From Bdellovibrionales bacterium (GTDB lineage: Bacteria > Bdellovibrionota > Bdellovibrionia > Bdellovibrionales > JAMPXM01): a stretch of 46,830 bases of DNA. Within the stretch, counting starts at the first letter, position 1. Every line of letters starts with the position of its first letter. This document shows positions 19,207-29,299 of the stretch, piece by piece. Made by a program: the position numbers and the translations under genes. Under the pieces are notes generated by a model. That model did not search any database, had not been told where the DNA came from, and worked only from the letters and a program-made list of their open reading frames with translations. The stretch spans positions 1 through 46,830 of the forward strand of contig JAYUEN010000180.1 of NCBI GenBank assembly GCA_043739185.1, in the 5' to 3' direction.

Positions 19207-19971
19207 TTAGGACTTCAAGAGTGAATGGAAATTCTCATTTCGGACATCATCAATTGAAAGCGTCCAGTATCTTTTTATTTGTTCAACGGAGCCCATGGCT
19301 TTGAACGATTGAACCGGAAGCATAAGGATGGAATACCCTAAACTTAGGTAATGATTGTAAAGCCTTGAGACATAATATTCTTCGGCAGACTCTTGCCTGA
19401 GTTCTTCGCTTGCCAACTTTTCAAAAAGATCATAATTTCTAAAAAAATAAAAACCAACAGAGCACCACTTTGAAATGCGTTTTTTCTCTTGAACCTCTAC
19501 TACCTTTTGCAATCTATTTTCTTCTGATACTCGGCAAAATGACCAAGCTTCGCCGGCTTCAATTGAACACGGAATAATTCCTTCAAATTGAGGTTCGGTC
19601 ATAGAGGATAAGAGATCCGGACATTCAAAACAAGAATCTGCATTGAAAATGGCAATCGAATTCTTACGGTCTATTAACTTAAGTGCAGTAACGGCCGTTT
19701 CAAGTTGGCCTCTGGTGAAATAATCAAGATCAAACCAAATCAAGTGGGCTTTGGAAATATTTTTACTGACCCGCTCTTGAATTCTCGAGAGGCGATCCTG
19801 GCGCTGGCTTACCACAATTATCTGATCATCATTTTGTATCGGCAAGGAATTCAGTGCATACTCTAAGAAGCTCAGCCCGTTTATTTGCAAAAGGGCTTTC
19901 GGAATATCCTGGCTAATTTCCTTTGTTCTGGTCCCCTTGCCCGCAGCGCAAATTATATAAGATATTGCCAT
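19207..19971 (-). CDS. Sugar-phosphate nucleotidyltransferase (BcbE-like GT-A)
   Basis: AAGKGTR..IPKALL, TRGQLETA, FNAD, EKKRIS...VGFYFF, EYYVS..YN; ATG 19971 overlaps the upstream stop. Confidence 0.85.
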   Translation of the reverse strand: MAISYIICAAGKGTRTKEISQDIPKALLQINGLSFLEYALNSLPIQNDDQIIVVSQRQDRLSRIQERVSKNISKAHLIWFDLDYFTRGQLETAVTALKLIDRKNSIAIFNADSCFECPDLLSSMTEPQFEGIIPCSIEAGEAWSFCRVSEENRLQKVVEVQEKKRISKWCSVGFYFFRNYDLFEKLASEELRQESAEEYYVSRLYNHYLSLGYSILMLPVQSFKAMGSVEQIKRYWTLSIDDVRNENFHSLLKS

Positions 19972-19972
19972 A

Positions 19973-21313
19973 TTAAGAGCCTGATCGCAGCGCATTTTGG
20001 CCGGCCAACATAAATTTTAGAAGTTGATTTTGATGGTTCAAATGCAGAGGCAAAAGGCTGTAAAACAACGAGGCCTCATACAGTCGCAGGTCATCTAACT
20101 TAATTTCAAATTCTTTCAAAAACTCCTTAAAATAAATTTCACTCAAGTTTAAAGCATTCTTGCCATATTCAGAGTTTCTAGCAATTGCATCGTAAGACCC
20201 AAGCGCACTATGACTCATTTTTGCCAGATCATATTCAATAGGACGATAACTTGAGCCTTCTGCCTCAATTCCTCGAGGGTCAATAAAATTTAATTCTTTG
20301 TCTTCAATATCATAAAGAATATTCGAAAAACATAAATCGCCGTGAGAAAAATAGAGCTGACATTGAGACGATTTGTCGATCAGTGCTTTGAGTTGAATTA
20401 AAAGAGCGTTCACGTCGGATTCAAAATGAGAGCCTGTGTGGGTGTTATAGTCACTGAGCAGGCTCTCGTAGTCGTTCAATTTGCGAAATTCCTCTAAGCG
20501 ATATTTTAGTTTTTCGATAAAATAATGTTCAAGTTTCTTTTTTAAAAGTTGATTTGTAATATTTAATTTGGGGAGCTTTGTAAAATATTTTCTGAGCTCA
20601 AAATAAAAGGCCTGCCAATCTGCGTCCGTAAATGAGTCTTCAAGAATGAGGCGCCCCAGATCAAAGCGGCGTAAATTGGTCATTTTGTATGAGGCAAACT
20701 TGTCTTCAATATGACTGTTAATTAATTTTGGGTAGTATGGTTTGAGTTTATCAGGGAGGGCATCAAAGAATCCAATTTCAGCTTCACCTTTTTGCTTCAA
20801 ATGACAAATTTTAGTGACAAACTGGCTGTCAAAAATGACTTCGTTGAACTGTCTAGGGTTACAGGCGAACTGAGAAAAATCAAAATCTTGAATTGCAGAA
20901 TTGAGATTCAAATATTCGCATTCGTAACTGGGAAACTCACCCGGAGAAATATTCGTAAGTTGATTCTGATCTAAAAACCAAGAGACATTCACGCAAGACG
21001 TTGAAATCTTGAGAAGCAGTTGATTTAATTTTTGCAATTGGGAGCTTCGAAAAAGATGTCCGCATGACAATGCTAAAGTGCAGGGAGAGAGAGTGTTTTG
21101 AGCCGTATGCCAGATATCTGAAGGCGTTTCGGGCCAAGCCTCATCTTTTAACATCCAATTAATTTGCAATTCATTGGTTATATTGTGTGGGCTCAAAGCT
21201 TGGTGCTTCTCTAGATTTTGAACAGAATGTATTTGGCGTAATTTATTTCGGACCGCAGATTTGAGGCTCAATTGATTATAAAATATGATATTAACTTTCC
21301 CAGGACTCGCCAC
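19973..21313 (-). CDS. APH/choline-kinase-like phosphotransferase (capsule-biosynthesis type)
   Basis: HGDLCFSNIL, FIDPRG, YDLAKMSHSALGSYD and SLLPLH motifs. Confidence 0.82.
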   Translation of the reverse strand: MASPGKVNIIFYNQLSLKSAVRNKLRQIHSVQNLEKHQALSPHNITNELQINWMLKDEAWPETPSDIWHTAQNTLSPCTLALSCGHLFRSSQLQKLNQLLLKISTSCVNVSWFLDQNQLTNISPGEFPSYECEYLNLNSAIQDFDFSQFACNPRQFNEVIFDSQFVTKICHLKQKGEAEIGFFDALPDKLKPYYPKLINSHIEDKFASYKMTNLRRFDLGRLILEDSFTDADWQAFYFELRKYFTKLPKLNITNQLLKKKLEHYFIEKLKYRLEEFRKLNDYESLLSDYNTHTGSHFESDVNALLIQLKALIDKSSQCQLYFSHGDLCFSNILYDIEDKELNFIDPRGIEAEGSSYRPIEYDLAKMSHSALGSYDAIARNSEYGKNALNLSEIYFKEFLKEFEIKLDDLRLYEASLFYSLLPLHLNHQNQLLKFMLAGQNALRSGS

Positions 21314-21314
21314 T

Positions 21315-22061
21315 TTATACTTCCTTCGAAGGGCTAGTGCGAATGCGCCAAACTAAAAGTGTTCGCAGGGCTTGCCAGCCCACATTAAAACTTTTTGCAT
21401 TTGAGATTTGATCAACTTCTCGCCACGAAATGGGAACAAAACAGAGGCGGCAATGATTCTCAATTATATTAAGTAAAAGATCCATATTGAAAGTAAATTG
21501 ATTTGAATAGGTTTGGTATTGCAAGTTTGCTAATGCAGAAAGTTTAAAGCCATTTAAGCCTGAACCTAAATCTAGTACCTTGGTGCCGGTCAGGATGGTG
21601 TAGGCAATATTTAAAATGCGATTACCAAAAGTTCGTAATTTCGAATAGCCAAGTCGTCTTGAATTTTTCATGAATCTTGAGCCAAGTACGGCATCATATC
21701 CCTTTTTCAATTGAGATATAATCATTGGGATTTCATTGGTGTCGCCCTGATCATCTCCGTGAAAAATTATTATATGAGAATAATTTTGCGCCAAAGCGAG
21801 TGCAAATGCCGCTTTGTGAGTGCCGCCGAGTCCAAGATTACTTGAGTTGACCTGAACTTCCGCCCAGTCTTCAATTTGCGCCAGCAAAATATGCTGATTT
21901 GCAACGTCAACTGTTTTGTCCGGACTTTGGTTGTCGAGAACTAGAACTTTTTTAATTTCAGGCAATTGATTTCTATTTTTCGAAAGCTCCGAAAGGACTC
22001 TTGAAATTTGACGTTCGCAACGATAGCAGGGGATCACCAGAAGAATTTCAATTTTATCCAC
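21315..22061 (-). CDS. GT2 glycosyltransferase (DPM/DPG-synthase-like)
   Basis: VIPCY, LDNQSPDKT, NLGLGG, HGDDQ, VLGSRF, DLGSG; GTG start at 22061 inferred. Confidence 0.9.
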   Translation of the reverse strand: MDKIEILLVIPCYRCERQISRVLSELSKNRNQLPEIKKVLVLDNQSPDKTVDVANQHILLAQIEDWAEVQVNSSNLGLGGTHKAAFALALAQNYSHIIIFHGDDQGDTNEIPMIISQLKKGYDAVLGSRFMKNSRRLGYSKLRTFGNRILNIAYTILTGTKVLDLGSGLNGFKLSALANLQYQTYSNQFTFNMDLLLNIIENHCRLCFVPISWREVDQISNAKSFNVGWQALRTLLVWRIRTSPSKEV

Positions 22062-22105
22062 AGGCTTAGTTTGCCTCGTAGCGATGAATCGCGCAAGATA
22101 AAAGC

Positions 22106-23638
22106 ATGAAATGGTTGATATACTTAGTTGCTTCACTGTGGCCGTGGATTGGCTACGCAAAATATCCGGCTCATAATCCGTTGGTTATCATAAGCGGATT
22201 TATGGCATCTTGCATCCTGGTTTTGATTTTTGCTTGGGCCCCAAGAGTGTTTCAGATTGTGCGACAGGATTTTGATAGCTCTAAGAGAATTGTTTTTGCT
22301 TTTGTCTTTTTCATTCAAGTTTTGCAAATTATTTTATGTTTTCCTGGCAAGGTCAGCTATGATGACCTTGCTTTTATTCAGGATCTTTCTTTAGGAAATA
22401 TTTCGCCACATAGTTCAAATAGTTATTCTCTACTACTTCAGGCTTCACATCTTATTTTTTTTTCGGCCCTACGTATTTCGATATTGAATCTTATTTTCTA
22501 TTTATTTGTTCTTTTTCTTTTTTTGCGCCTGCTGCCCAAAAAACTTCCGGTCTGGATGTCGATTGGAATTTGTATTCTATTTTGCTTTCCACTTGCAACT
22601 GCTTTGGTGGTTTTTGAAAGTCGCGATTCTATAAATTCAATTTTGCTTGTTTGGTGGTGTTTAGGTTTGTGTGGCTTGAATTCTCAATTCAAGAATGATC
22701 CATGGTTTCACCTTTATTCGTTAGGATTACTCACTCTAGTTTTAGGAGATATGCGTCCCGAAGGTAAAATTATTGTAGTTCTGTTCCCGATCGCCGTTTG
22801 TTGGATCAAACAAAAAAAATGGGGATATTTTGTCAATTTGGGGTTGATAATGCTGTCGACCAGTTTTTTATGCAATTGGATTCCCCAAAAAGTATTTAAA
22901 TTTGATTCCTTCTCTGAAAGGTATCTTTCAACAACTGTTATCAATCCCTTGGGGTATGTTTTTCAGAAAAAAGGTATGAATGCGGCAACCAAAGACGAGC
23001 AAATTGAGTTGGAGCGTTTTATGAGTGTTCAATATTTAATTGAATTCTATGATCCATTTGAAATAGCGCCATATCACCGAGGCGGCATAAAAAATTTAGT
23101 TACAAGTGAAGATTTTAAAGCATTTCAGAAGGTGGCACTATCAATAATCATGAGAAATCCAAAACTGTTTTTAGAAAATCGCAAAATGATGGCTTCTCAA
23201 TTGTTGAATTTTGAAGGACATCCCTATGTTATGTCAGATAACAGAGCCGAACTTTTCGATAAGTTTGGGAATGCAGCTGCCTTTTATTCAATTGATTATC
23301 ATCCATTTCACTCGCTTTACCGAGAAATATATGACGCGTGTTTAGAGAGATTAATTTATGGTTTGCCACTGTTTTTTCGCTTGCTGCTTTCAAGTTGCTT
23401 GGTGCCGATTTTAGTAATGTTTTTTATGCTATTTGATCAAAAGCTGATTTCCCCTCTTTTTTGGTTGGGGTTGGTGAACTTAGTTCGATTGGGCGCGATT
23501 TTGTTTACGACTCCTGCGTCTCAATTCAAATATATAACTTCAATTTGGTTGGTCGGTTGGATCATGCTTATATTTTTATTAGCGGTTCCGTTCAAGACTC
23601 AGATCGCCGACAAGATCAAAGGTGAAAAGCTAGATTAA
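22106..23638 (+). CDS. Polytopic membrane protein, possible GT-C-type glycosyltransferase
   Basis: About 11-13 hydrophobic segments, PG..SYDD loop after an early TM, large periplasmic loop, Q.KY near the C-terminus; divergent from the GT2 gene. Confidence 0.6.
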   Translation: MKWLIYLVASLWPWIGYAKYPAHNPLVIISGFMASCILVLIFAWAPRVFQIVRQDFDSSKRIVFAFVFFIQVLQIILCFPGKVSYDDLAFIQDLSLGNISPHSSNSYSLLLQASHLIFFSALRISILNLIFYLFVLFLFLRLLPKKLPVWMSIGICILFCFPLATALVVFESRDSINSILLVWWCLGLCGLNSQFKNDPWFHLYSLGLLTLVLGDMRPEGKIIVVLFPIAVCWIKQKKWGYFVNLGLIMLSTSFLCNWIPQKVFKFDSFSERYLSTTVINPLGYVFQKKGMNAATKDEQIELERFMSVQYLIEFYDPFEIAPYHRGGIKNLVTSEDFKAFQKVALSIIMRNPKLFLENRKMMASQLLNFEGHPYVMSDNRAELFDKFGNAAAFYSIDYHPFHSLYREIYDACLERLIYGLPLFFRLLLSSCLVPILVMFFMLFDQKLISPLFWLGLVNLVRLGAILFTTPASQFKYITSIWLVGWIMLIFLLAVPFKTQIADKIKGEKLD

Positions 23639-23682
23639 GCTCCGCAAATTATGTCTTGCCCCGGTCAATGTGTGCACTTTAA

Positions 23683-24117
23683 TTAAGATTTTTTTGAATT
23701 GCCTTCATCAAGTAAGGCATTAATTTTTTTAACTAAGTCCGAAAAAAAGTCATTTTTACGAGTGTGAATGCGGATTTCTTTATTGCCTGCCAAGCGCTCG
23801 TCAAGAACACGATTGATATGATATACGGGGCCAGCAATACGATGTGATAAGTAAAGGGCTGCGATCCAGGTTATAATAAGAGTAAGGCTAGATAAACCTA
23901 GCAAAATAGTTCCGCTTACATTTACATTTCTAATAATATTTAAAGCTATATCACTGCGAATATCTACGATGCCAAGGATTTCAAGGATTTTACTTGAGAG
24001 CAGTCTCAACTGCAAAGCCGATATTAGATAAATAGAGGCACCACTGGCCACTACTGTCAGTAAGAATTGATATTGCAGCTTCTTATCAACGATTTTAATT
24101 CGGCGTTTGTGCTTCAT
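23683..24117 (-). CDS. Two-TM protein with HAMP-like C-terminus
   Basis: KRR..IVDKKLQ start, two TMs, SHRIAGPVY...R.ND.F.DLV..IN HAMP pattern; no signalling domain follows. Confidence 0.75.
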   Translation of the reverse strand: MKHKRRIKIVDKKLQYQFLLTVVASGASIYLISALQLRLLSSKILEILGIVDIRSDIALNIIRNVNVSGTILLGLSSLTLIITWIAALYLSHRIAGPVYHINRVLDERLAGNKEIRIHTRKNDFFSDLVKKINALLDEGNSKKS

Positions 24118-24123
24118 ATCCCT

Positions 24124-24152
24124 ATTGGAAGGCGAATTTTTAAGAATGTCAA
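24124..24152 (-). promoter_or_regulatory. sigma70-like promoter
   Basis: Minus strand TTGACA-N17-TCCAAT, 6 nt before ATG 24117. Confidence 0.5.
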
Positions 24153-24190
24153 TGCGTTAGCATTTTTGTAATAAAGCGCTATGCAAAGAT

Positions 24191-24856
24191 TTAATTTTGG
24201 CCCGCGAACATTTCAACATCGATGATAATTTGTCTGGATTCCTTCAGGAGTTCTTCGACCGCTTGGCGATCAATATCAAAATGGTGATTAGATAACCCAT
24301 AACGGAGCTGTCGGCAGGGCAGGCCTCCACTGGCAAAGTGTCCGCCGCCCGCAATAGCGGACCAGGCTTTACTTTCTAATATGTCATTTTGATTCAATTT
24401 CAAAGAGAGTTCATAAGTCAATTGTGCAGCCGCTTGATGAATTGTGACAAGTTCGGATCCAGAGCAATTAATTTGTGCCAATCGCTTTTGAAGTTCAAGA
24501 ACTCGAGCTGAAATGCCGCGACAGCCCTGTGGATTCTTATCGTCTTTCAACGCCTTTTGACTGTCGGCTACAAATTGCGCGTATTGGCCAGTACCTGAGC
24601 ACCTTTTTTCATAATGATCGGCATCTTTAATATCAAAACTAACTTCAACTGGCTTGCAAATTACTTCTTGAATTGAGGGCGGAGCTGGGGGCGGCGGCAA
24701 GTTGCGAATTTCACGAATTTTATCTATTGCTTTTGAAGCCCAAGGATAAGCAGGTTTTTTCACGATTGGATAACAGCTGCTAGGCCCGGCTAAGGCAGAC
24801 TGACTGAAAAGTGCAAGGGCCAAAAGTGAAAAAAGGCATATTCGGATATTTTTCAT
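24191..24856 (-). CDS. Secreted hypothetical protein with poly-Pro segment and several Cys
   Basis: Signal peptide MKNIRICLFSLLALALFSQSALA from ATG 24856. Confidence 0.75.
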   Translation of the reverse strand: MKNIRICLFSLLALALFSQSALAGPSSCYPIVKKPAYPWASKAIDKIREIRNLPPPPAPPSIQEVICKPVEVSFDIKDADHYEKRCSGTGQYAQFVADSQKALKDDKNPQGCRGISARVLELQKRLAQINCSGSELVTIHQAAAQLTYELSLKLNQNDILESKAWSAIAGGGHFASGGLPCRQLRYGLSNHHFDIDRQAVEELLKESRQIIIDVEMFAGQN

Positions 24857-24871
24857 AGTATCCAAGGAGAG

Positions 24872-24887
24872 AGCAAGACCTATGCCG
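24872..24887 (-). promoter_or_regulatory. sigma54 -24/-12 promoter
   Basis: Minus strand CGGCATAGGTCTTGCT (GG-N10-GC). Confidence 0.7.
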
Positions 24888-24975
24888 TAAGCAGCGAGAT
24901 TCAGTGATCTTATAAGCTGAATCTCGTGCCAAAAATTGATCATTTTTAACTATTGTGACCTTTTAGGACTCTGGC

Positions 24976-26187
24976 TTAGGCTCGGCCTTTCAGCATGCCT
25001 TTCCAGTACAAAATTGGCAGAAGATAGCGCTTTAATATCCACATTGAGCGCCGCTCCTTTGTCTGATCGAAGGGAAAGCTGGGCATGAGTTTTCCGTCAT
25101 AGCCGAACTCAGCCAGTATTACCTTGCCGAAGCCGGTGACCAGCGGACATGAAGAATATCCGTCGTACTGCGCTGTTGGTTTTTCGCCTCTTATAAGGCT
25201 CAATATATTTTCAACAACGACCGGAGTCTGTTTGCGAATGGCAGCTCCTGTTTTAGAGTTTGGGACGCCCGTAATATCGCCAATTCCAAAAATATTTGGA
25301 TTTTTCAAGCTCTGAAGGCTGTGCTTATCGACTGCCATCCAGCCCTTCTGATCCCCTTCCGTGAAGGCGAGGTCTGATTGACTTATCAATTCGGGAGCCA
25401 TCATCGGCGGAACGACATGGAGTAAATCGTACTTTATTTCGACTTTTGAAATGGCCCCATCCGCGCCAGCTACTTCAAAACAAGCTATTTTTTCAGAGGC
25501 TTTTACACCAACCAATTTATGAGAAAACTTAGTTTCAATCCCACGGCGCTTAACAATTACATCGAGCGCTTTGGCAAAAGTGGGGACCCCAAACATCGCC
25601 TTGCCAGGAGTTGTAAAAATAATATTTGATTTATCCTTTACGCCATTGCGGGTGAAAATATCATCCGCAAGATACATTATCTTTTGTGGAGCGCCAGCGC
25701 ACTTTATGGGAACAGGGGGCATGATAAAAATCGCAGTTCCACCTTTGAAATCATTAATCATTTGGGTCGCAATATCGACCTGCTCATATTCATAAATTGA
25801 GCAGATTCCGTTTTTTCCCAAATGAGATTTCAAGCCATCAATTTTCTCCCAGCCGAGTTTGAGGCCATTTGCAACGATGAGATAATCAAATGAGATTTTT
25901 GATTGATCTGCGAGAGTAAGACTCTGTTCTTTTGAATCAATTGAAGTGCAGGCTTTTTGAATCCAAGTTACTTTTTTCGGAATGAGTTCAGACATTGGTT
26001 TTGCAGTCGATTGCTTTTTTGCAGCTCCGCCGCCGACGAGTGTCCAGAGGGGCTGATAAAAATGAGTTTGTGCAGGGTCGACAATCGCGATGTCTTCGGC
26101 ATTCATTTTTTTGCTTAGATGTGCAGCCGTAGAGATTCCTCCGGTACCACCGCCGAGAATAAGTACTTTAAATTTAGTTTTTGGCAT
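24976..26187 (-). CDS. sqr: Sulfide:quinone oxidoreductase (type II / SQRDL-like)
   Basis: GGGTGG FAD motif, HFYQPLWTLVGGG, IKCAGAPQKIMYL, SKTGAAIRKQ, YDGYSSCPLVTG (both catalytic Cys); GAGGAG RBS. Confidence 0.93.
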   Translation of the reverse strand: MPKTKFKVLILGGGTGGISTAAHLSKKMNAEDIAIVDPAQTHFYQPLWTLVGGGAAKKQSTAKPMSELIPKKVTWIQKACTSIDSKEQSLTLADQSKISFDYLIVANGLKLGWEKIDGLKSHLGKNGICSIYEYEQVDIATQMINDFKGGTAIFIMPPVPIKCAGAPQKIMYLADDIFTRNGVKDKSNIIFTTPGKAMFGVPTFAKALDVIVKRRGIETKFSHKLVGVKASEKIACFEVAGADGAISKVEIKYDLLHVVPPMMAPELISQSDLAFTEGDQKGWMAVDKHSLQSLKNPNIFGIGDITGVPNSKTGAAIRKQTPVVVENILSLIRGEKPTAQYDGYSSCPLVTGFGKVILAEFGYDGKLMPSFPFDQTKERRSMWILKRYLLPILYWKGMLKGRA

Positions 26188-26361
26188 TTGATCTCCTCAT
26201 TCGTTTTAATAGAGTGAAGAACTAGAATTGAATTTAATTTGGCCATTGGTCAACCCCATTGATCCGATTGAAAGCAAAAAAGTGACAAAAATTGCCAGGT
26301 GTGAATTTTTCTTTTTTCTGCTATATTGCCTTTTCCTAACAAAAGAAGCTTGAGGCCATCT

Positions 26362-26826
26362 ATGTTCTTAAAATTTTTAGTTTTAATTCTCTTGGTGGCC
26401 GGGAGCTTGAATGCCTGGGCTGATGATTCCCTTCAGCTTGACTTAAAATGCAGTGGTGTTCCTATTGGTTTTCCTCCGGCAAATGGGGTTACAATAAACG
26501 GAATCCTGGGATTTGCGATGAGCTCTCAAAAGCTTACAATGAGATTTAATTTAATTGAGCATGAACTAAGCGGTGCCGACAATTTACTTCAGAGAGAATA
26601 TATCCGCGGCAATTCCGGATCGAGCTCAATAACTTCAACGAGTTTTTTATGTGGGAATATGCAAGGTACCCATTGCGCAGAGCTCAGCTATGAAACTGGC
26701 AAGGATCTAAAAGCTTTAATATTAGGCGCGAAAGCCGGCGCCAAAGTTGATTTTCAATTGAGTTTTGATCCTAGCACTAGCACCCATACTTATTCTTATT
26801 TTTTCAAATTGAACTGTCACTTATAG
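26362..26826 (+). CDS. Secreted hypothetical protein
   Basis: Signal peptide MFLKFLVLILLVAGSLNAWA; GAGG RBS. Confidence 0.7.
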   Translation: MFLKFLVLILLVAGSLNAWADDSLQLDLKCSGVPIGFPPANGVTINGILGFAMSSQKLTMRFNLIEHELSGADNLLQREYIRGNSGSSSITSTSFLCGNMQGTHCAELSYETGKDLKALILGAKAGAKVDFQLSFDPSTSTHTYSYFFKLNCHL

Positions 26827-26828
26827 CA

Positions 26829-27683
26829 TTAGCGTTTAGCAAGAGTGGTCGTGCCAACATACTGTAGGTTGCTAGTAACAGGATTTCGCATATAAAAGTT
26901 GCCAACCCAAGCTTGTAAATTATTAACAAAGTAAAGCTGTAGATAGCGATTACTACCAAGAGCTAAAACTGTAGCATCTGGGGTGCCCTCACTTCCTTGA
27001 ATACCCCCAAGAGTTGGTACGAAACTTCTTTGATCAAAAACAACACCTTTCAAAGACAGCTCCACATTCACTTGGCCACGAACCAAGCCATTGCTCATAC
27101 TCGGCTCGTAATCGACCTTCAACTGAATCGGGTGGTTTGGAGTTTTATCCCAGGTGAGATCTCCATAATAAACGCCCGCCATTTTGAGGACTTGATCATC
27201 CATGGGTACCGCTTGCGCCTTACGAATGTCGTTTGGATTATTGAGCTGGGTACTTCTTAAAAAACTTTGAATATCTTCTGGTTTAGAAAGACCATCAAGG
27301 GATTCGGTTGGCAAGACATTTGTGCCGACAATTGATTGCAATTTTTGTGATTTTGATTGGTTGATTGAGGCGACTTTTCGATTTTGTTGTTGAGAAGAGG
27401 GCGCTAATTTCTCAATTTCAATTGAAGCTTCGGAATTTTTTTGGAAATTCATTTTGAAAGCTTGTTCAGTATCAACTTTCTTTCGGTTTTCAATATTTAA
27501 ATTATTGATGTCTTGAGATTCAAAGGGCCGGGACTTGTGGTCACGAACTTCATTTGTGTTTTGTACGAGCTTCTTTCTGGACTTGCTAAACATTTGGCGT
27601 CCCAAGATGAGACAGCCTGCCACTACGAGAAATAAAAAACATCTAAATAGAATCGTTGAATATTGCTTATTTCGAACACTCAT
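26829..27683 (-). CDS. Membrane-anchored hypothetical protein with beta-rich C-terminal domain
   Basis: N-terminal TM, Gln/Asn/Ser linker containing NRKVAS, beta-strand-rich C-terminus. Confidence 0.75.
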   Translation of the reverse strand: MSVRNKQYSTILFRCFLFLVVAGCLILGRQMFSKSRKKLVQNTNEVRDHKSRPFESQDINNLNIENRKKVDTEQAFKMNFQKNSEASIEIEKLAPSSQQQNRKVASINQSKSQKLQSIVGTNVLPTESLDGLSKPEDIQSFLRSTQLNNPNDIRKAQAVPMDDQVLKMAGVYYGDLTWDKTPNHPIQLKVDYEPSMSNGLVRGQVNVELSLKGVVFDQRSFVPTLGGIQGSEGTPDATVLALGSNRYLQLYFVNNLQAWVGNFYMRNPVTSNLQYVGTTTLAKR

Positions 27684-27729
27684 TGAGACCCCTAGAGTTT
27701 CGCATTTGAACTAGCCACACCTCAAGAGA

Positions 27730-27745
27730 TGCAAGTTCAAGACCT
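27730..27745 (-). promoter_or_regulatory. sigma54-like promoter
   Basis: Minus strand AGGTCTTGAACTTGCA (GG-N10-GC), 46 bp before ATG 27683. Confidence 0.5.
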
Positions 27746-27874
27746 AAATCGGAATTTGCTAGTCCAATTAAATGCTTTTCAAGACCTCATGCTGTCCAAT
27801 TGTCAGTCATCTGTAGTTTAATAAAAATAAATTGAGTGCTCAATTTCAAGGGCTTAAAATCCGAAAAAGCAGAG

Positions 27875-29299
27875 ATGACAAAGTGCTTTTTCATTATTTT
27901 CATATTGTTTTCTGCGTCAGCTTTTGCGCGGGCGCCGTCTTTGTTGAGTTCTCTCAATTTACTTGAAGCGAAGTCAAAAAAGCTCACTGCTCAAACGTGC
28001 TTAGTATTTTTGAAAGAGGCAAAGCTTGAGGTCTTGGACAGCAAGCTCTATGACCTCAATAGCAAAGAGGTGAAAAAATACGGAAAAAAAATTCTCGATT
28101 CAGCTTGGCATATTCGAACCAATTTAAATGACAAATTGAGTGAGCTAGCTCCGTGTCTTAATGAATTGAAAGAATACATTTACAATAGCCGCTATTTTGA
28201 AGATATGTTGTCCGTGCGTTTTTTTGATATCACTTCCGCATTGCCTTACGAGGTTAAATTTGCGAACGACCCTTCGCCCATATTTGACAATAAGTTTCAC
28301 AAGGGATATCTCTATCGAAAAGGATTTGAGCCAGGCCAAAAATTTCAATTTAAATCAGGCGATGTTTTGCTTGAAAAAGGACCTTCCTTTATTAGTTCGA
28401 TTATTTCGACAATTACTTTGCCCAAGAGTCAGTTTAGTCATTTTGCGGTACTTCATCGAGACTCAAAGTCTGACAAAGTCATTTCTTTAGAGTCCTATAT
28501 TCAGTCGGGAGGCCTCGACCTCTTTGAAATCGAAAGCGCTCTTAAGAAATACAATGTCCGAATTGTACTCGTTCGCCCGAAAGATCAAAAGCTTGCGGAG
28601 AAAGCCACCGAGCTTATTCGTGAAAAAGTTGTAAGTGAAAAAGAAGGCAAAGCTGAAAAGTCAAAGTACGACTATTTTTTTAACTTTACCGACGAATCGA
28701 AAATGAACTGCGCGAAACTATTACTTTGGTCTTATAAGAAGGCATCTGATGGTCAAATCATTTTGCCTCAGTCACCATCGGTATTAGACAAATCAATTGA
28801 AAAAATCATTACAATTGTCGGAATCAAGCCTGGTCCTGTGCTCACGCCAGTCGATATTGAGGTCGATCCGCGTTTTGAAGTTTTATTAGAGTTTCGCGAT
28901 TTGCGTTTGGTGCGTGACTCCAAATATCGGGATGCTATCTTTATTGCGCTCTTTGATTGGTTCATAAATAAAAAATACAATTTGGTTTTGCTTCCTAAAA
29001 AAATAAATATGCAGGCGGCAATGGCACCGATGCGAATGTCTAATTTACCCAATCCTAAAAATGCACAAGGTCTCATTGATATTCCAGAAATATTTTTGCG
29101 CCCGGTTTATCAAATCAATAGTGTTGCCAACCTTATTTACAAAAAGCTTTATCTTAAAGATAAAGCCTTTGAGAAAAAAAACGCTTGGCCAATGTCTTTA
29201 GACGATCTGCTCAAAGCACTTGAGGAAATTCGTATTGAGGATCAAAAGGCTTATGAGCAAGAAGATCCCTTTGCCTTTCACCATCTTTTTAAAAGTTAA
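27875..29299 (+). CDS. Secreted permuted papain-like amidase (YiiX/YebB, NlpC/P60 superfamily)
   Basis: GDVLL..G...SQFSHFAV (His) precedes YDYFF..D..KMNCAKL (Cys); signal peptide from ATG 27875. Confidence 0.8.
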   Translation: MTKCFFIIFILFSASAFARAPSLLSSLNLLEAKSKKLTAQTCLVFLKEAKLEVLDSKLYDLNSKEVKKYGKKILDSAWHIRTNLNDKLSELAPCLNELKEYIYNSRYFEDMLSVRFFDITSALPYEVKFANDPSPIFDNKFHKGYLYRKGFEPGQKFQFKSGDVLLEKGPSFISSIISTITLPKSQFSHFAVLHRDSKSDKVISLESYIQSGGLDLFEIESALKKYNVRIVLVRPKDQKLAEKATELIREKVVSEKEGKAEKSKYDYFFNFTDESKMNCAKLLLWSYKKASDGQIILPQSPSVLDKSIEKIITIVGIKPGPVLTPVDIEVDPRFEVLLEFRDLRLVRDSKYRDAIFIALFDWFINKKYNLVLLPKKINMQAAMAPMRMSNLPNPKNAQGLIDIPEIFLRPVYQINSVANLIYKKLYLKDKAFEKKNAWPMSLDDLLKALEEIRIEDQKAYEQEDPFAFHHLFKS

